The position numbers and the translations under genes were made by a program. DNA of 64,000 nt from Azolla caroliniana (lineage: Eukaryota; Plantae; Polypodiophyta): contig JBHGNT010000010.1 in the NCBI GenBank assembly GCA_043228905.1, forward strand, positions 20,026,001 through 20,090,000, read 5' to 3'. Numbering within the stretch: the stretch's first letter is position 1; every line of letters starts with the position of its first letter. Under the pieces are notes generated by a model, which worked only from the letters and a program-made list of their open reading frames with translations, did not search any database and had not been told where the DNA came from. Below, piece after piece: positions 1 through 10,887 of this stretch.

Positions 1-1284
1 GGGCGATAAAGGGTCTCCAAATCGCCCAGACTCGAAGGGAAGGAGGCGAACCGGCTCGTGACCGACGGCGAACAGGTGCATGTGGTGCGACGAGGTCGGC
101 CACATTCGGAAGGAATGCGGCGATTTCGCAGAGGCGTTGAGGAACCGGGTGGTGTACCTGTGGGAAGGTCGGGTGCATGCCGGCGATACCAGAAGGGCCC
201 TAAACCGAAACGACTGATGGAAGAGGTAGCGGCCCGACACGTGGAGGCCATCCACTACTTGGCGTCGGCCGGTATTCGGGTCGGGGGCAGCGAGGCCCGA
301 AAGGAGAGCAAAGACGGATTTTGGTCGGCAATGCTGGAAGGCCTTGCTGGCGCACGACTAAGGAAAGATGAAACGGACCGCGCTGAGAGACGGGTCCGGG
401 AAATAACCGGGTGGAGCGATCCGGTCGAGGAGAAGACGGGCTTCGTAGAAGCCGCCTGCCGGAACTACGAGGCTCTGGTAGAAGACAAACGAGTGGGGAA
501 AGCCGGAGCGGTCGGGCCCTCACAACGGTACGAGACCCGATTTGGGCAACGACGAAACGATGCCGGTGGGTCCAGCTCGCAAGATAACCCCAGGAAGGGC
601 GGATACCGACTGGGGATGGAAATAGAAAGGACTACGGACCTACGAAAGGTCCTAGAAGAACGGATCCTCGACTAGAAGGAGTTCCACGACTCCATTGTGG
701 ACCTGGTGAAACGGAAGAGGCTGTCGACGGAGACGGAACCGGAAAGACCGGTGGAGGTGCGGACGATGCACATCGACGACATGGCGCTGGAAGATGAGTG
801 GACGGAGAGCCACTATTGAAGGCCGCACTGGGCCCGAGCGACCACAGAGACCCCGGTAAAGATCGGAGATGTTCAGGAACCGGTGGTGGCATTGGTGGAC
901 CACGGTTTGGAAATAAACCTGATGTCCATGGACTTCTATAGGAAGGGAAAGTGGCCGATCAACACCAAGCACGGGTGGAAGATACGGGCGGCGACGCGCG
1001 CCACCGAGGAACTGCACGGGGCCTGCCCGAACGTGCGAGTCAAGATTGGCGACGTCGAGATTGACCAGCACTTCTTCGTACAGGAGACGTCCTCGCACCC
1101 GGTCATATTAGGGAAACCATACATCACGGCGGCGCGGATGGAGACCAAGGTGCTAGACAACGGTTCGGCCTACGCGAGGGTCAAAAGCCAGGACGGGCGC
1201 CATTCGGTCCAATTTCTGACGGTGCGACCGAACCACGAGCGAAACCGCGAATCCCTCGGTAGCGAGAACCGGGAGGATTTTTAG
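1..1284 (+). pseudogene. gag: gag-protease ORF1 remnant
   Basis: Homologous to the intact ORF at 33032-35158; small deletions and stops; ends ...REDF*. Confidence 0.9.
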
Positions 1285-1340
1285 AGAGGGCTGCCAAGGC
1301 GTGGGGCCGAGACAGTCCGGACACTCGGGAAAGACCCCAC
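1275..1340 (+). promoter_or_regulatory. Putative -1 ribosomal frameshift signal (G GAU UUU UAG plus pseudoknot)
   Basis: pol continues in the -1 frame (GFLERAAK); motif present in all 8 copies that span this junction; covarying stems. Confidence 0.8.
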
Positions 1341-4300
1341 AGCTGTACGATAGAACCGAAACCGAAGAAACCTTGTACGATAGGTAGAAAATTCTGCTTC
1401 TCCAACAACGGAGGGTGTATGATGGTTGGCATCGTTGGCCGAGAAAGGGCAAGGGCGGAGGAGCGACTTCGAGCGTGCGGAGTTCTCGGGCCGGACGAGG
1501 AAATCAGCGGGGCCGTGGAGGCGGTCTCCTTCGACGACACCTTGGGGATGCTGAGGAAGGTAGCCGGAGAAGACCTTAACGAAGACCGGATGATACCGGT
1601 ATGTTCCGAAGAGATGTACGAAGTCATCGCGAACTTCAGCCAGGGGCTCCGGTCGGATCGGATGGCCCGAGTTAGCACGAAGTACAAGACTGTGGACCGG
1701 AAGGTAAGTTCAGTCGCGGCACCCTTACCGGAGGGCAGCGAGTCCCGAATCAGAGGGGTTGCGTCGGACCCCAGTTTACGAGATCCGGCCTGCATAGGAC
1801 ACACCTTCACCGACGGGACGCTCTGGGAGCTCAAGATCGGTGGGGGCGGGTTCCTACTGTCGGCGGAGGAAGACCGGTTTCGGAGAATGCTCGGAAGGCA
1901 CGGGAAAGCCTTCGCATTTTCGCCGGAAGAGATTGGGTGCGTAGACCCGACAATCGTGGAGCCGACGGTGATATTCACGGTACCGCATGTGTCGTGGAAT
2001 CTCAAGCCGATTCCGGTACCCAGAACTCACATCCCGGAGTTGATGGAGCTACTGAGGCAGAAAGTCGATATCGGTATTCTCGAACCGTCGAGCGCGCCAT
2101 ACTCGAACCGATGGTTTACCGTACCAAAGAAAAACGGAATATTGCACTTCATTCAGGACCTGCAGCCGGTCAATAGTGTGACCATTCGGAACGCAGGAAT
2201 CGGACCGACCATAGACGAGTTCACGGAGGCCTTCGCCGGAAGGTCGATTTACTCGGTCGGTGATCTGTACTCGGGGTATGACCAGTTCCAGCTAGCCGTG
2301 GAGAGGAGAGACATTACGACGATGCGAACTCCCCTCGGCCTAGTGCGAATGTGTACCCTGCCACAAGGAGGGACCAACTCGGTGGCCCACATGGTGAATG
2401 CAATGAACAAGGTACTGAGGGATTGCATCCCGGACATCACCATGCCATTTCTGGACGACATCCCGATAAAGGGGTGCCCGGTGGAAGAGAAGGACGAGAC
2501 AGTCGGGCCGGACGGATGCAGGCGATTCGTGGCAACACACATCGACGACTGCGAGAAGGTGCTACAAAGGCTAGAGGATGCGAGGCTCACCTTCTCCGGG
2601 GAGAAATCGGCCTTCGGGCAATCAGAAATCCTTGTGGTCGGACACTTGTGTGGACCGTATGGCCGGAAGCCGTCTCCGGCAAAAGTAGAAGCCATCTCCG
2701 CGATGAAGACCGACTGTAGCTCGGTTACTGAAGTTCGGAGGTTCCTGGGGGCATGCGCGTTCTACCACATATGGATCCCGCATTACGCCCACGTTGCGGA
2801 GCCGCTATACGGGTTGCTGAAAAAGGGGCGAAAATTCGAGTGGCGATACGAGCACACGGAGTCGGTCCGGAAGCTAAAGGAAGCTCTTGCGGCAGCACCG
2901 GCGCTCCGGAAGCCTGTCTACGAGAAGGGTACCCCGGTATACATAAACGGTGGATACGAGCCCAAACGGGATCGGATGGGTCGTCAACCAAGAAGACAAG
3001 GACGGCACCCGGTTCCCGATCCGATTCGGCGCAAAGGCCCTCAGTGAGCGACAACGAGGGTACGCCCAGGTTAAACGCGAACTCTGGGGTATCGTTTCGG
3101 CAGTAAAGGCCGAGAAAGACTACCTGATCGGGACAGAAGTGATTATCGAGACGGATTGCCTGCCAATTCTCGGCATGGTTTCCGGATGCGCGACACCGGA
3201 CCTGGCGATGCTTAGGTGGATAGCGTACATCAAGTCCCTGGACCCAGAAATACGGCACATTTCCGGAAAGGACAACGACACGGCCGACATGCTTTCGAGG
3301 GCGAGGTTTGATGATGAGGGCGGCATGGTTTCGGAGGACGAGGAAGTCGGCGTGGACTTCTTCAAGTCGGCGTACGCAACGACCGATGGGACGAGCACTC
3401 CGGCACTTAACGGCTTCGACGAGAGCAAGTACGACGGCGAGTGGCTGCGGATTGGTGGTTTCTTGAGGACAATGACGCTGGATGCGTCGTGGACGAGAGA
3501 CGAGGCCAACCAGATCCGGAAGAAAGCTTACCGATTCTTTGTCCGGGACGGATACTTATGGAAGCACCCGAAGAAGAGGAACGGCGTCTCGCTCCGGGTG
3601 GTGGCGATCAAGGAAGAACAGGAGGAGCTGCTGACGGCCTACCACAACAGCCCTTGGGCTGGACACCGTGGAACGTGGGCCACGTTCGAGAAGATAAAGG
3701 GGAAGTACTGGTGGCCGGGACTGTACCGGGACGTGCATCGGTTCGTGACAACTTGCAAGAGCTGTCAGATGCACTCCGTAGTCCGACATCGGGACGAGCT
3801 TCACCCTACGTACCCTCCGACCATCCACTTCAAATGGATGGTAGACCTGGTGACGATGCCAATGGGAGTAGGACAGATGTGGTATCTGGTCCTGGCTCGG
3901 GAAGATCTGACGAACCAGGTAGAAGGCCGACCCCTTCAGAACAAAACGACCGCGGCCGTATGTCGGTTCCTGATTGAGGACGTGATATGCCGGTACGGGT
4001 GCCTCGGGAAGATCGTGGCTGATCGCGGGGAGTTGGACGCCGAAGAGGCCGAGGAGCTGTTCAACCGGCTATGGGAGCGAAGACCGGAGGACGTGGAGCA
4101 GGCTGTGGGAAAGCTTCGGGTGGCAAGGACGAGGAACAAAGCCCGGTTCGACCGGACTCACCGGCTCCGACCAAAGAAGATCGAGGAAGGCGACTGGGTG
4201 CTAGTCTATGACAGCAGCCTCGACAACCAGCACTGAGCGACACGGAAGTTTGCAAGAAGGTGGTTTGGGCCTTACGTGGTACAAAGCACCAACGATAACG

Positions 4301-4467
4301 GGACGTACCATCTGGCGGAGCTCGACGGCACGAGAATGGCGACACCGGTAGCTGGGAAGCGGATCAAAGCGTTCAAGAAGCGTCACGACGACGAGGCGGA
4401 TCCGGTTAACCTGGACCACGACGACGAACGATCCGAAACCGAGGAAGAACCGACGGGCGGGGAATGA
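1284..4467 (+). pseudogene. pol: pol (RT-RNase H-integrase), disrupted
   Basis: ORFs 1419-3047, 2950-4236 and 4276-4467; frameshift near 2948, integrase deletion near 4070, CGA>TGA stop at 4234. Confidence 0.92.
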
Positions 4468-4540
4468 AGGCTGGACCGGTTTTCTTCGTCCCAACTCAAT
4501 TTGGCGCATGCCGGTGGATGCGCGGTTAGGTGGGGGCGGA

Positions 4541-5164
4541 TGTCGTGAAGAAAACCGTCCACAAGCGGAATCGGTGCACCGGAGCGTAGGAACCGGCTCT
4601 TCATACACGTACGCCTTATATTGTACATAGAAGATCCTAGGTAGGTAGGTTCGGTAGGTAGGAAGCTAATGGGAAACGACTCCTTCCTTGCCTATAAAAG
4701 GAGGGAGACGAGGAGGGGAGAGGGGATCGCGGAATCAGAGAGGACGAAGTGCTGTCGGGTTGTCGACTGAAGGCTTCTCTCTCTTCCAAACTCCATAGCT
4801 TCTTTCTGTGCAGGTTTCGGGAGGCTCGCACTGCTCTGAGGAATGCCCGAGTGCTTCCGGCAGCACCTCCAACCTACTCCCTTCTTTCTGTGCGTTTACG
4901 AACAGGCATCGGCATCTGTTCGCCGACCTGTTCGGTTGTAACCGCTTTCGTGCTTCCTATTGTTTGTCTCTGTTAATATATACATACATACCTTCGTGTC
5001 TCTCTGTGTTTTCCCGCTCGCGTCTTCGTGTCGAAGGGCCGTGTCCCTGTGGACCTACGCTCGAACCTAGTGGGTCTCTTCCCTTCTCCTTTCTCTCTTG
5101 CTGTTCGGTACAAGACCCCCGAGGTCCCGCCTCATTCCACGCATCCGCGAGGAATACCTCGACA
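4541..5164 (+). repeat. 3' LTR, subtype A
   Basis: TG...CA ends, follows PPT, TATA box near 4693, similar to 52969-53604. Confidence 0.95.
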
Positions 5165-5312
5165 CCGGTATCCGGCGGCAACCGGCGACGGCACGGGTAT
5201 CCGGCGGCAACAGACGACGGCATCCGGCGAGGCACCGATGTGGCGGCGGCATCCGGCGGCATCCGACGACGGCATCTGTCGACGGCACGGGTAACCGATG
5301 GCATCCGGCGAC
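5165..5312 (+). repeat. GC-rich degenerate short repeats (GCATCCGGCG-like), probably U3 of the interrupted LTR T1
   Basis: Repeated GGCATCCGGCG / GACGGCACGGGTA units. Confidence 0.55.
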
Positions 5313-5360
5313 TAGATAAATAAATATATAAATATATATACATATTTACATATACAAGGG

Positions 5361-5432
5361 GGAGCAAGTAAAGATTCGAACCTTGCACCTCCAAATTAGG
5401 AGTCAATTGGCTTACCATTAAGCCATGCTATT
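5361..5432 (-). ncRNA. Degenerate tRNA-like (Arg-CCU-like) sequence with Pol III A/B boxes inside LTR T1
   Basis: Minus strand reads TGGCTTAATGGTAAGCC (D arm), CTCCTAA loop and GGTTCGAATC; acceptor and anticodon stems imperfect. Confidence 0.6.
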
Positions 5433-5904
5433 TAGTTGAAATTATATTTCTATCATTGTACTTTTAGATGTAAATTCTCATACATGAGAGCTAAAATGAG
5501 TGACATGGTTTTCATGCACCACATGTAATACATAAGCGCCAAATGGAAAACATGCAATTTATGCGTGTCTTGTACCCTCACATGCATCATATGCATGAGA
5601 GCATCTATAAAAGAAGGAAGGGGGAGGAGAAAAAACACGGTTTTTTTATTATTATGAAATTAAGAAGAAGAGATTCGTTATCAAATTGATGGTGTAACTT
5701 GTTTCTTAAATCTAAAGTTAAAAGTTCAATCAATCTCTCTCAATCGGGTAATCTCAACTTCTCTCTTTCCCAATCTATCTTAAGTACTTTCTCGCTAAAG
5801 CTTGCGCCAAAGCTTGTACCGACTTTGAATCCTTCCGGTCCAGAACCTCGGCGGTTCCACCTCACGATCTGCGCGTAGTGACGGATCTTCACGACATAAT
5901 TAAG

Positions 5905-5922
5905 TGGTGAACCCGACGTGAA
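5905..5922 (+). promoter_or_regulatory. Primer binding site, tRNA-Trp
   Basis: TGGTGAACCCGACGTGAA, complementary to the plant tRNA-Trp 3' end; also at 11971(+), 16378(-), 24060(-), 35198(-), 39664(-), 40944(+), 53608(+). Confidence 0.9.
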
Positions 5923-5948
5923 GAGCGGTAGGGGACGAGGAATATCTA

Positions 5949-8087
5949 ATGAAGGCAATGTCAAAGATGATGATGGAGTTTTCAAGAGAAGGGAAAACAC
6001 GAGATGCGGCCCAACAAGCCGTTGAAAGCATGATCAAGCGAGTCGGGTTTTTCGATGGAGGCAAAGTCCAAATATTTCTAAAGGCCTACAATGCCGAAAT
6101 GGATTCAAGAGGAGTGGAGGAAGCAATGAGGCTGGAGTACTTTTGTCGAGTGGTGGCCGAACCGATCTTCGAAGAGATTAAAGAGATTCAAAAAACTCAC
6201 AATTCGTGGGTGTCCTTCAAAGAAGCTTTACGAGAATCATATGGTTACGAAGAGCAAAAGGGACGAGGTCTATGTGAGTTTCACGAATGGGTGTCATCGA
6301 GAAAGACCCACCAGAGTGCTATGCATGCATTCGTTGAGTTTGAGTATCGCTTCGCTCAACTCTCGGACCGGGATCGAAGATTGGTGGGGGTGAATAAAGT
6401 TCTGTTGTTTGTAAAGTCAATCGATCGGAATGAAAGGAAGGCCATTGGAATCCAACTCGAGGATGACAATGGTGAAAATGGCCTCACTGAGGATTGGGCC
6501 AAAGTGGAAAGGGTATGCCGACAACACGATAAGAGGGAGATGAGATTCTCATCGACAACAACACGACCCACAAGGGATGTTCAAAGGAGAATGGGATGTG
6601 GCAATAAAAACCCACTGAAGGAAGAAAGCTCGAAGAGGGAAGCTTCAACAAAACTCAACATAGAAGCCTTGATGAGAGAGGCATTAATGAACTTAAAGGC
6701 ACAAGTCGAGGTTGAAGAGAAGCTGAAAACAAAACCGAGGAAAATGGTGATCGATAAAGAGGAGACCTCCCGACAAATGCAGACTAATGATGCGGCCAAT
6801 ACGAAGGCCCAGGTTCGGTATGACAGTACCATGGGAGAAGGTGTGAAACAAACCACCTTCTCGACTTATGGAGGAACGACGGTCGAGAGAAGGGCCGAAG
6901 ACTCGAGAGCGGGAAATTCTACTTTAAGAGTGGACGAGCATTTCAGAACACATGCTGTGTCCGAAATATTGAGTAATGAAGGTGCAAGCATGAGGGAAGC
7001 TTGCGTGATCAAGGGATGTAAAGAGTGCGAGGTCGACGTGATTGAGGCGGTAGCCACGAGAAACGACATCAAGTCGCAGATGGCTAAGGAAGAGTTCACG
7101 GCGGATGACCGTGTCGAGACTTTCCCAACACTTGATCTAGAGACTTGGGCAGTTGCGTCCGAGAGCCAACATGAGACCCAAGAGACGGAAAGTGGTGGGG
7201 AAGAAAATATTGAAGTCAATGCGAATAACAACATTGAGCGAAAGATGGCTACGGATGAGAAGACGGTGACCGATGGTGTCGAGGTTCTCCCCACATTTCT
7301 TCCTGAGACTTCGACAGTTGTGCCCAAGTGTCAACGTGAGACCGGAGAGACGGAAGGTGACGGCAAGAAATCGAAGGACCAAAGCGGTGATGAGGACGAT
7401 GACCACAGACGAAGGGATCCCTCCACACCGGTTCCGAAGACTTCGGTAGTTGTGCCCGAGAGGAAACATAAGACCGGAGAGATGGAAGGTGGCGACGAGG
7501 AGATGAGGGTCGAAGCCAACGCATACAGAGGAACGGTGGCCAACAAGGAGGCCAAAAACAAAGCTACAATAGAGTTCGATGAAGAACCAAAGAGCGGCAA
7601 GAAAGGAAGAACCAGAATGCAATCCGGATGGAAGATGATGCGGTTGGTATTCCGACCCGAACGGAAGCCGACCCGGACGAGAGTTGATCAACCGGGCCCG
7701 ACCCAACTGAAAACCGAACGGAAACTAACCCGGACGAAAGTCGATTGTTTGAGTCTGATTCGGCCGAATGTGAATCCAAATGAAGGCCGACCAAGCCAGA
7801 AGTTGATTGGTCGAGACCGATCCAGACAGAAGTTGAGCCGACCTAGACGAAGGTCGAAGCAGACGAGCCGCGACATCCAGTCGAGGCTGTTGAGCATAAG
7901 GAAAGGCAAACATGAGACGAGAAAGGATGATAAAGGAATGTTAAGTGACCAAGGAGATGGCCGAGATGAAGGTGGCACATGCACGAGGCATGAAGCGTTA
8001 TGCTCGGGAGGAGCAAAGGGAGCCATGACAACTAGACATGGCAATAAAAAAGGTGAGCGAATGATATGGTGGATCGGATGGCATTGA
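5949..8087 (+). CDS. Divergent Gag capsid-like protein with acidic repeat tail and basic C-terminus, 712 aa
   Basis: N-terminal ~195 aa aligns with the autonomous Gag (FDG..YNAEM..VLLFVKSID..GLTEDWAKV); uninterrupted ORF. Confidence 0.85.
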   Translation: MKAMSKMMMEFSREGKTRDAAQQAVESMIKRVGFFDGGKVQIFLKAYNAEMDSRGVEEAMRLEYFCRVVAEPIFEEIKEIQKTHNSWVSFKEALRESYGYEEQKGRGLCEFHEWVSSRKTHQSAMHAFVEFEYRFAQLSDRDRRLVGVNKVLLFVKSIDRNERKAIGIQLEDDNGENGLTEDWAKVERVCRQHDKREMRFSSTTTRPTRDVQRRMGCGNKNPLKEESSKREASTKLNIEALMREALMNLKAQVEVEEKLKTKPRKMVIDKEETSRQMQTNDAANTKAQVRYDSTMGEGVKQTTFSTYGGTTVERRAEDSRAGNSTLRVDEHFRTHAVSEILSNEGASMREACVIKGCKECEVDVIEAVATRNDIKSQMAKEEFTADDRVETFPTLDLETWAVASESQHETQETESGGEENIEVNANNNIERKMATDEKTVTDGVEVLPTFLPETSTVVPKCQRETGETEGDGKKSKDQSGDEDDDHRRRDPSTPVPKTSVVVPERKHKTGEMEGGDEEMRVEANAYRGTVANKEAKNKATIEFDEEPKSGKKGRTRMQSGWKMMRLVFRPERKPTRTRVDQPGPTQLKTERKLTRTKVDCLSLIRPNVNPNEGRPSQKLIGRDRSRQKLSRPRRRSKQTSRDIQSRLLSIRKGKHETRKDDKGMLSDQGDGRDEGGTCTRHEALCSGGAKGAMTTRHGNKKGERMIWWIGWH

Positions 8088-8228
8088 TAGTTTGAAGTAG
8101 ACGACAAAAAGACGGTGCGGGCGAGGCGCAAGAAAGTAGGAAATCAAACACCAACCACCTTTGACCCTTCCACATCACTCTTTTCTTCTTGGCACATACC
8201 GGAGGATGTGCGGTTTGGTGGGGGTGGA

Positions 8229-8893
8229 TGTTGTGATGTGGCATGTCTAGTGCGAGAAAAAGTCAAAAATTGAGGATCCACACACATTTCACGAATACTT
8301 GTAAAAATGAAAATAAATAAACCTAGGTCACAATGGCATTGAGTGCATGTAGAGGGTTGCAAGTAGGATTTGAACCTTGCACCTCTAAGATAAGATGCAA
8401 TTACCTTACCTCTAAAGCTACTACTAAGTGTTGTAAATGTTCTATATTTCTTTCTCATATTCAATATTCCGTAGGAAACAAACATACAAAACCGTGTACA
8501 CAAAACCACGGTTTTAAGCTCATGGTTTTCTGCATGTCACAAAGCAAAACTGTCTGCACAGAAACCATGGCTCCAAGCCCATGGTTTTGTGCATGGACAA
8601 ACCTATAAAACCCCTAGTACGGCTTGTGTAAAGGGGGGGGCTCAATATGATATGACCATCATCATCACCATCAATAATATAGGCTTCTATTTCTTCTTCT
8701 TCGCATCTATCTTGTAATTATTTATCTACTTCTGAAAGTGTACAATCTTCAATCTTCTCAAGTGTAATAGGTCTTCCTCCAATCTTACATTCACATCGTC
8801 CTCTTCTCAATACCTTGACGGACATCCTCCTTGGTCCAAGACCCCGGTGGTCCCGCTCAAGCGAAGCACGCTCGCACGCGCATCTTCGCGACA
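8229..8893 (+). repeat. 3' LTR T2
   Basis: Follows PPT; TATA near 8604; U5 motif CAAGACCCCGGTGGTCCCGC; ends GCGACA. Confidence 0.85.
8357..8425 (-). ncRNA. Degenerate tRNA-like A/B box cassette inside LTR T2
   Basis: Minus strand TAGCTTTAGAGGTAAGG...GAGGTGCAAGGTTCAAATCCTACTTGC; homologous to 5361-5432. Confidence 0.55.
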
Positions 8894-10887
8894 GCATCAT
8901 GGACAAAGGACGAGGCCAACTGGATCCGGAAGAAAGCGTACCGATTGTTTCTCCGGGACGGATACTTGTGGAAGCACCCGAAGAAGAGAAACGTCATCCC
9001 GCTCCGAGTAGTGGTGATGAAGGAGGAACAGGAGAAGTTACTGAAGGCCTACCACGACAGCCCCTGGGCTGGACACCGTGGAACGTGGGTCACGTTCGAG
9101 AAACTAAAGGGGAAGTACTGGTGGCCGGAACTGTACCGGGACGTGCATCGGTTCGTGACGACTTGTGAGAGCTGCCAGATACACTCCATAGTCCGACATC
9201 GGGACGAGCTTCACCCTACATACCCTCCGGCCATCCACTTCAAATGGATGGTAGATTTGGTGACGATGCCGATGGGCGTAAGGCAGATGCGATATCTGGT
9301 GCTGGCCCGGGAGGACCTGACGAACCAGGTGGAAGGCCGAGCCCTGCAGAACAAAACGACCGCGGCCGTGTGTCGGTTCCTGATCGAGGGCAAGATAAGC
9401 CGGTACGGGTGCGTCGGGAAGATCATGGCTGACCGCGGGGAGTTGGATGCCGAAGAGGCCGAGGAGCTGTTCGACCGGTTAGGGGTCAAGCTCTCGCTCA
9501 CCACGGCGTACAATCCGGAGGCAAACAGGAAGGTGGAGTGCGGACACGGACCGATCATCAAAGCGTTAGTCCGGGCATGCGGAGGCCAGGTCGGGAACTC
9601 GCCACGACTGTTACCTTATGCCTTGTGGGCGGACAGGACAACACACAGTTCGGTAATCGGGTTCATGCCGTCAGAGCTCATGTTCAGACAGAAGCCGATC
9701 ATGCCGATGGAACGGACGATCTCCTCTTGGGCGACAGTGGACTGGAAAGACGAGATGAGCTGGGAAGAACTGCTAGTGGCGCGTATACGGCAGCTCGAGC
9801 GGAGGCCAGAGCACGTGGAACGAGCGGCGGAGAGACTTTGGACGGCGAGGATGAGGAACAAAGCCCGGTTCGACCGAACGCACCGGCTCCGACCACAGTC
9901 TCCGACCGAACGCACCGGTTCGAGGAAGGCGACTGGGTGCTAGTCTACGACAACAGTCTCGACAACCAGCATCCGGCAACACGGAAGTTTGCAAAGCGGT
10001 GGTTCAGGCCTTACGTGGTAACGAGCGCCAACAACAATGGGACGTATCACCTGGCGGAACTCGACGGTACGAGGATGGCGATACCGATATCAGGGAAGCA
10101 GATCAAAGCATTCAAGAAGCGCCACGACGGCGAACCGGATCTAAGAGGCCTGGACAGCGACGAGGAACAGTCCGTAACGGAGGACGAACCGATGGACGAA
10201 GAACCGGAACTCGGACCAGTTTTCTCCAACCAGAGCACAATTTTGGCGCATACCGGTGGATGCACGGTTAGGTGGGGGCGGATATCGTGAAGAAAACCAT
10301 CCCTTAGCGCAATCGGTGCATAGCGCGCGTGAACCGGCTCTTCACGCGTGTGCGCCCTTTAATGTATATAATAGGGAATTAGGTACATAGGCATATCCGG
10401 GGGTAGTTAGATTCGGTAGGTAGGAAGTAAATGAGGGAGACGGCTCCCTTCCTGAAGCTATAAAAGAGAGGGAGACGTGGGGGAGAAGGGATCGTGCATT
10501 GAGGAGGATGAAGTGCTGTCGAACCGTAACCGAACACTTCTCCTCTATTCATTCTCCATCGCTCTGCAGGGTTTTCGGGAGGCTCGCGCTGCTTCGAGGA
10601 AACCTGTGTGCTTCCGACAGCACCTCAATCCTATCCCCTTTCGTGCGCAGACGAACAGGCATCGACATCTGTTCGCCGGCCTGTTTGGTTGTAACCGCTG
10701 GTGTGTTCTGTTGTTTTGTGTCATTTGTTAATATACAAACATTCGTGTCTCTCTGCCCCTATGTCTCTTTGCTCATACATAACCGGTCGTCTCTCTCTTT
10801 CTCTTTCCCATCCTATCACCTGCTCTTTAGTTCAAGACTCCGGTGGTCCCGCCTCGTTTCTCCACACACGCGCGTAGCAAAGCGACA
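8894..10887 (+). mobile_element. Gypsy subtype X, 3' part (integrase pseudogene plus 3' LTR 10283-10887)
   Basis: Resumes at ASWTKDEA; integrase motifs; PPT; LTR TATCGTGA...AGCGACA similar to 16383-17003. Confidence 0.9.

Larger units (their letters stand above)
1..5164 (+). mobile_element. Ty3/gypsy LTR retrotransposon, subtype A; 5' part lies outside the window; degenerate
   Basis: Gag C-terminus/protease (LVDHG), RT (FLDD), RNase H and integrase (HHCC, DDE, GPY) in gypsy order; PPT GGTGGGGGCGGA then LTR TGTCGTGAAG...CTCGACA. Confidence 0.95.
5165..8893 (+). mobile_element. Gag-only non-autonomous LTR element (TR-GAG-like) with mismatched LTRs T1 (to 5896) and T2 (8229-8893)
   Basis: LTR end CACGACA at 5896, Trp PBS at 5905, single ORF, PPT GGTGGGGGTGGA, LTR TGTTGTGA...GCGACA; no pol. 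Confidence 0.85.

Noticed and set aside
1181-2005. Recurring long antisense ORFs (also 32317-33093, 36788-37603, 55666-56490)
   Set aside because: Expected shadows of GC-rich pol codon usage; no recognisable domain and variable ends
5361-5432. Functional tRNA-Arg gene
   Set aside because: Acceptor and anticodon stems pair poorly; kept only as tRNA-like
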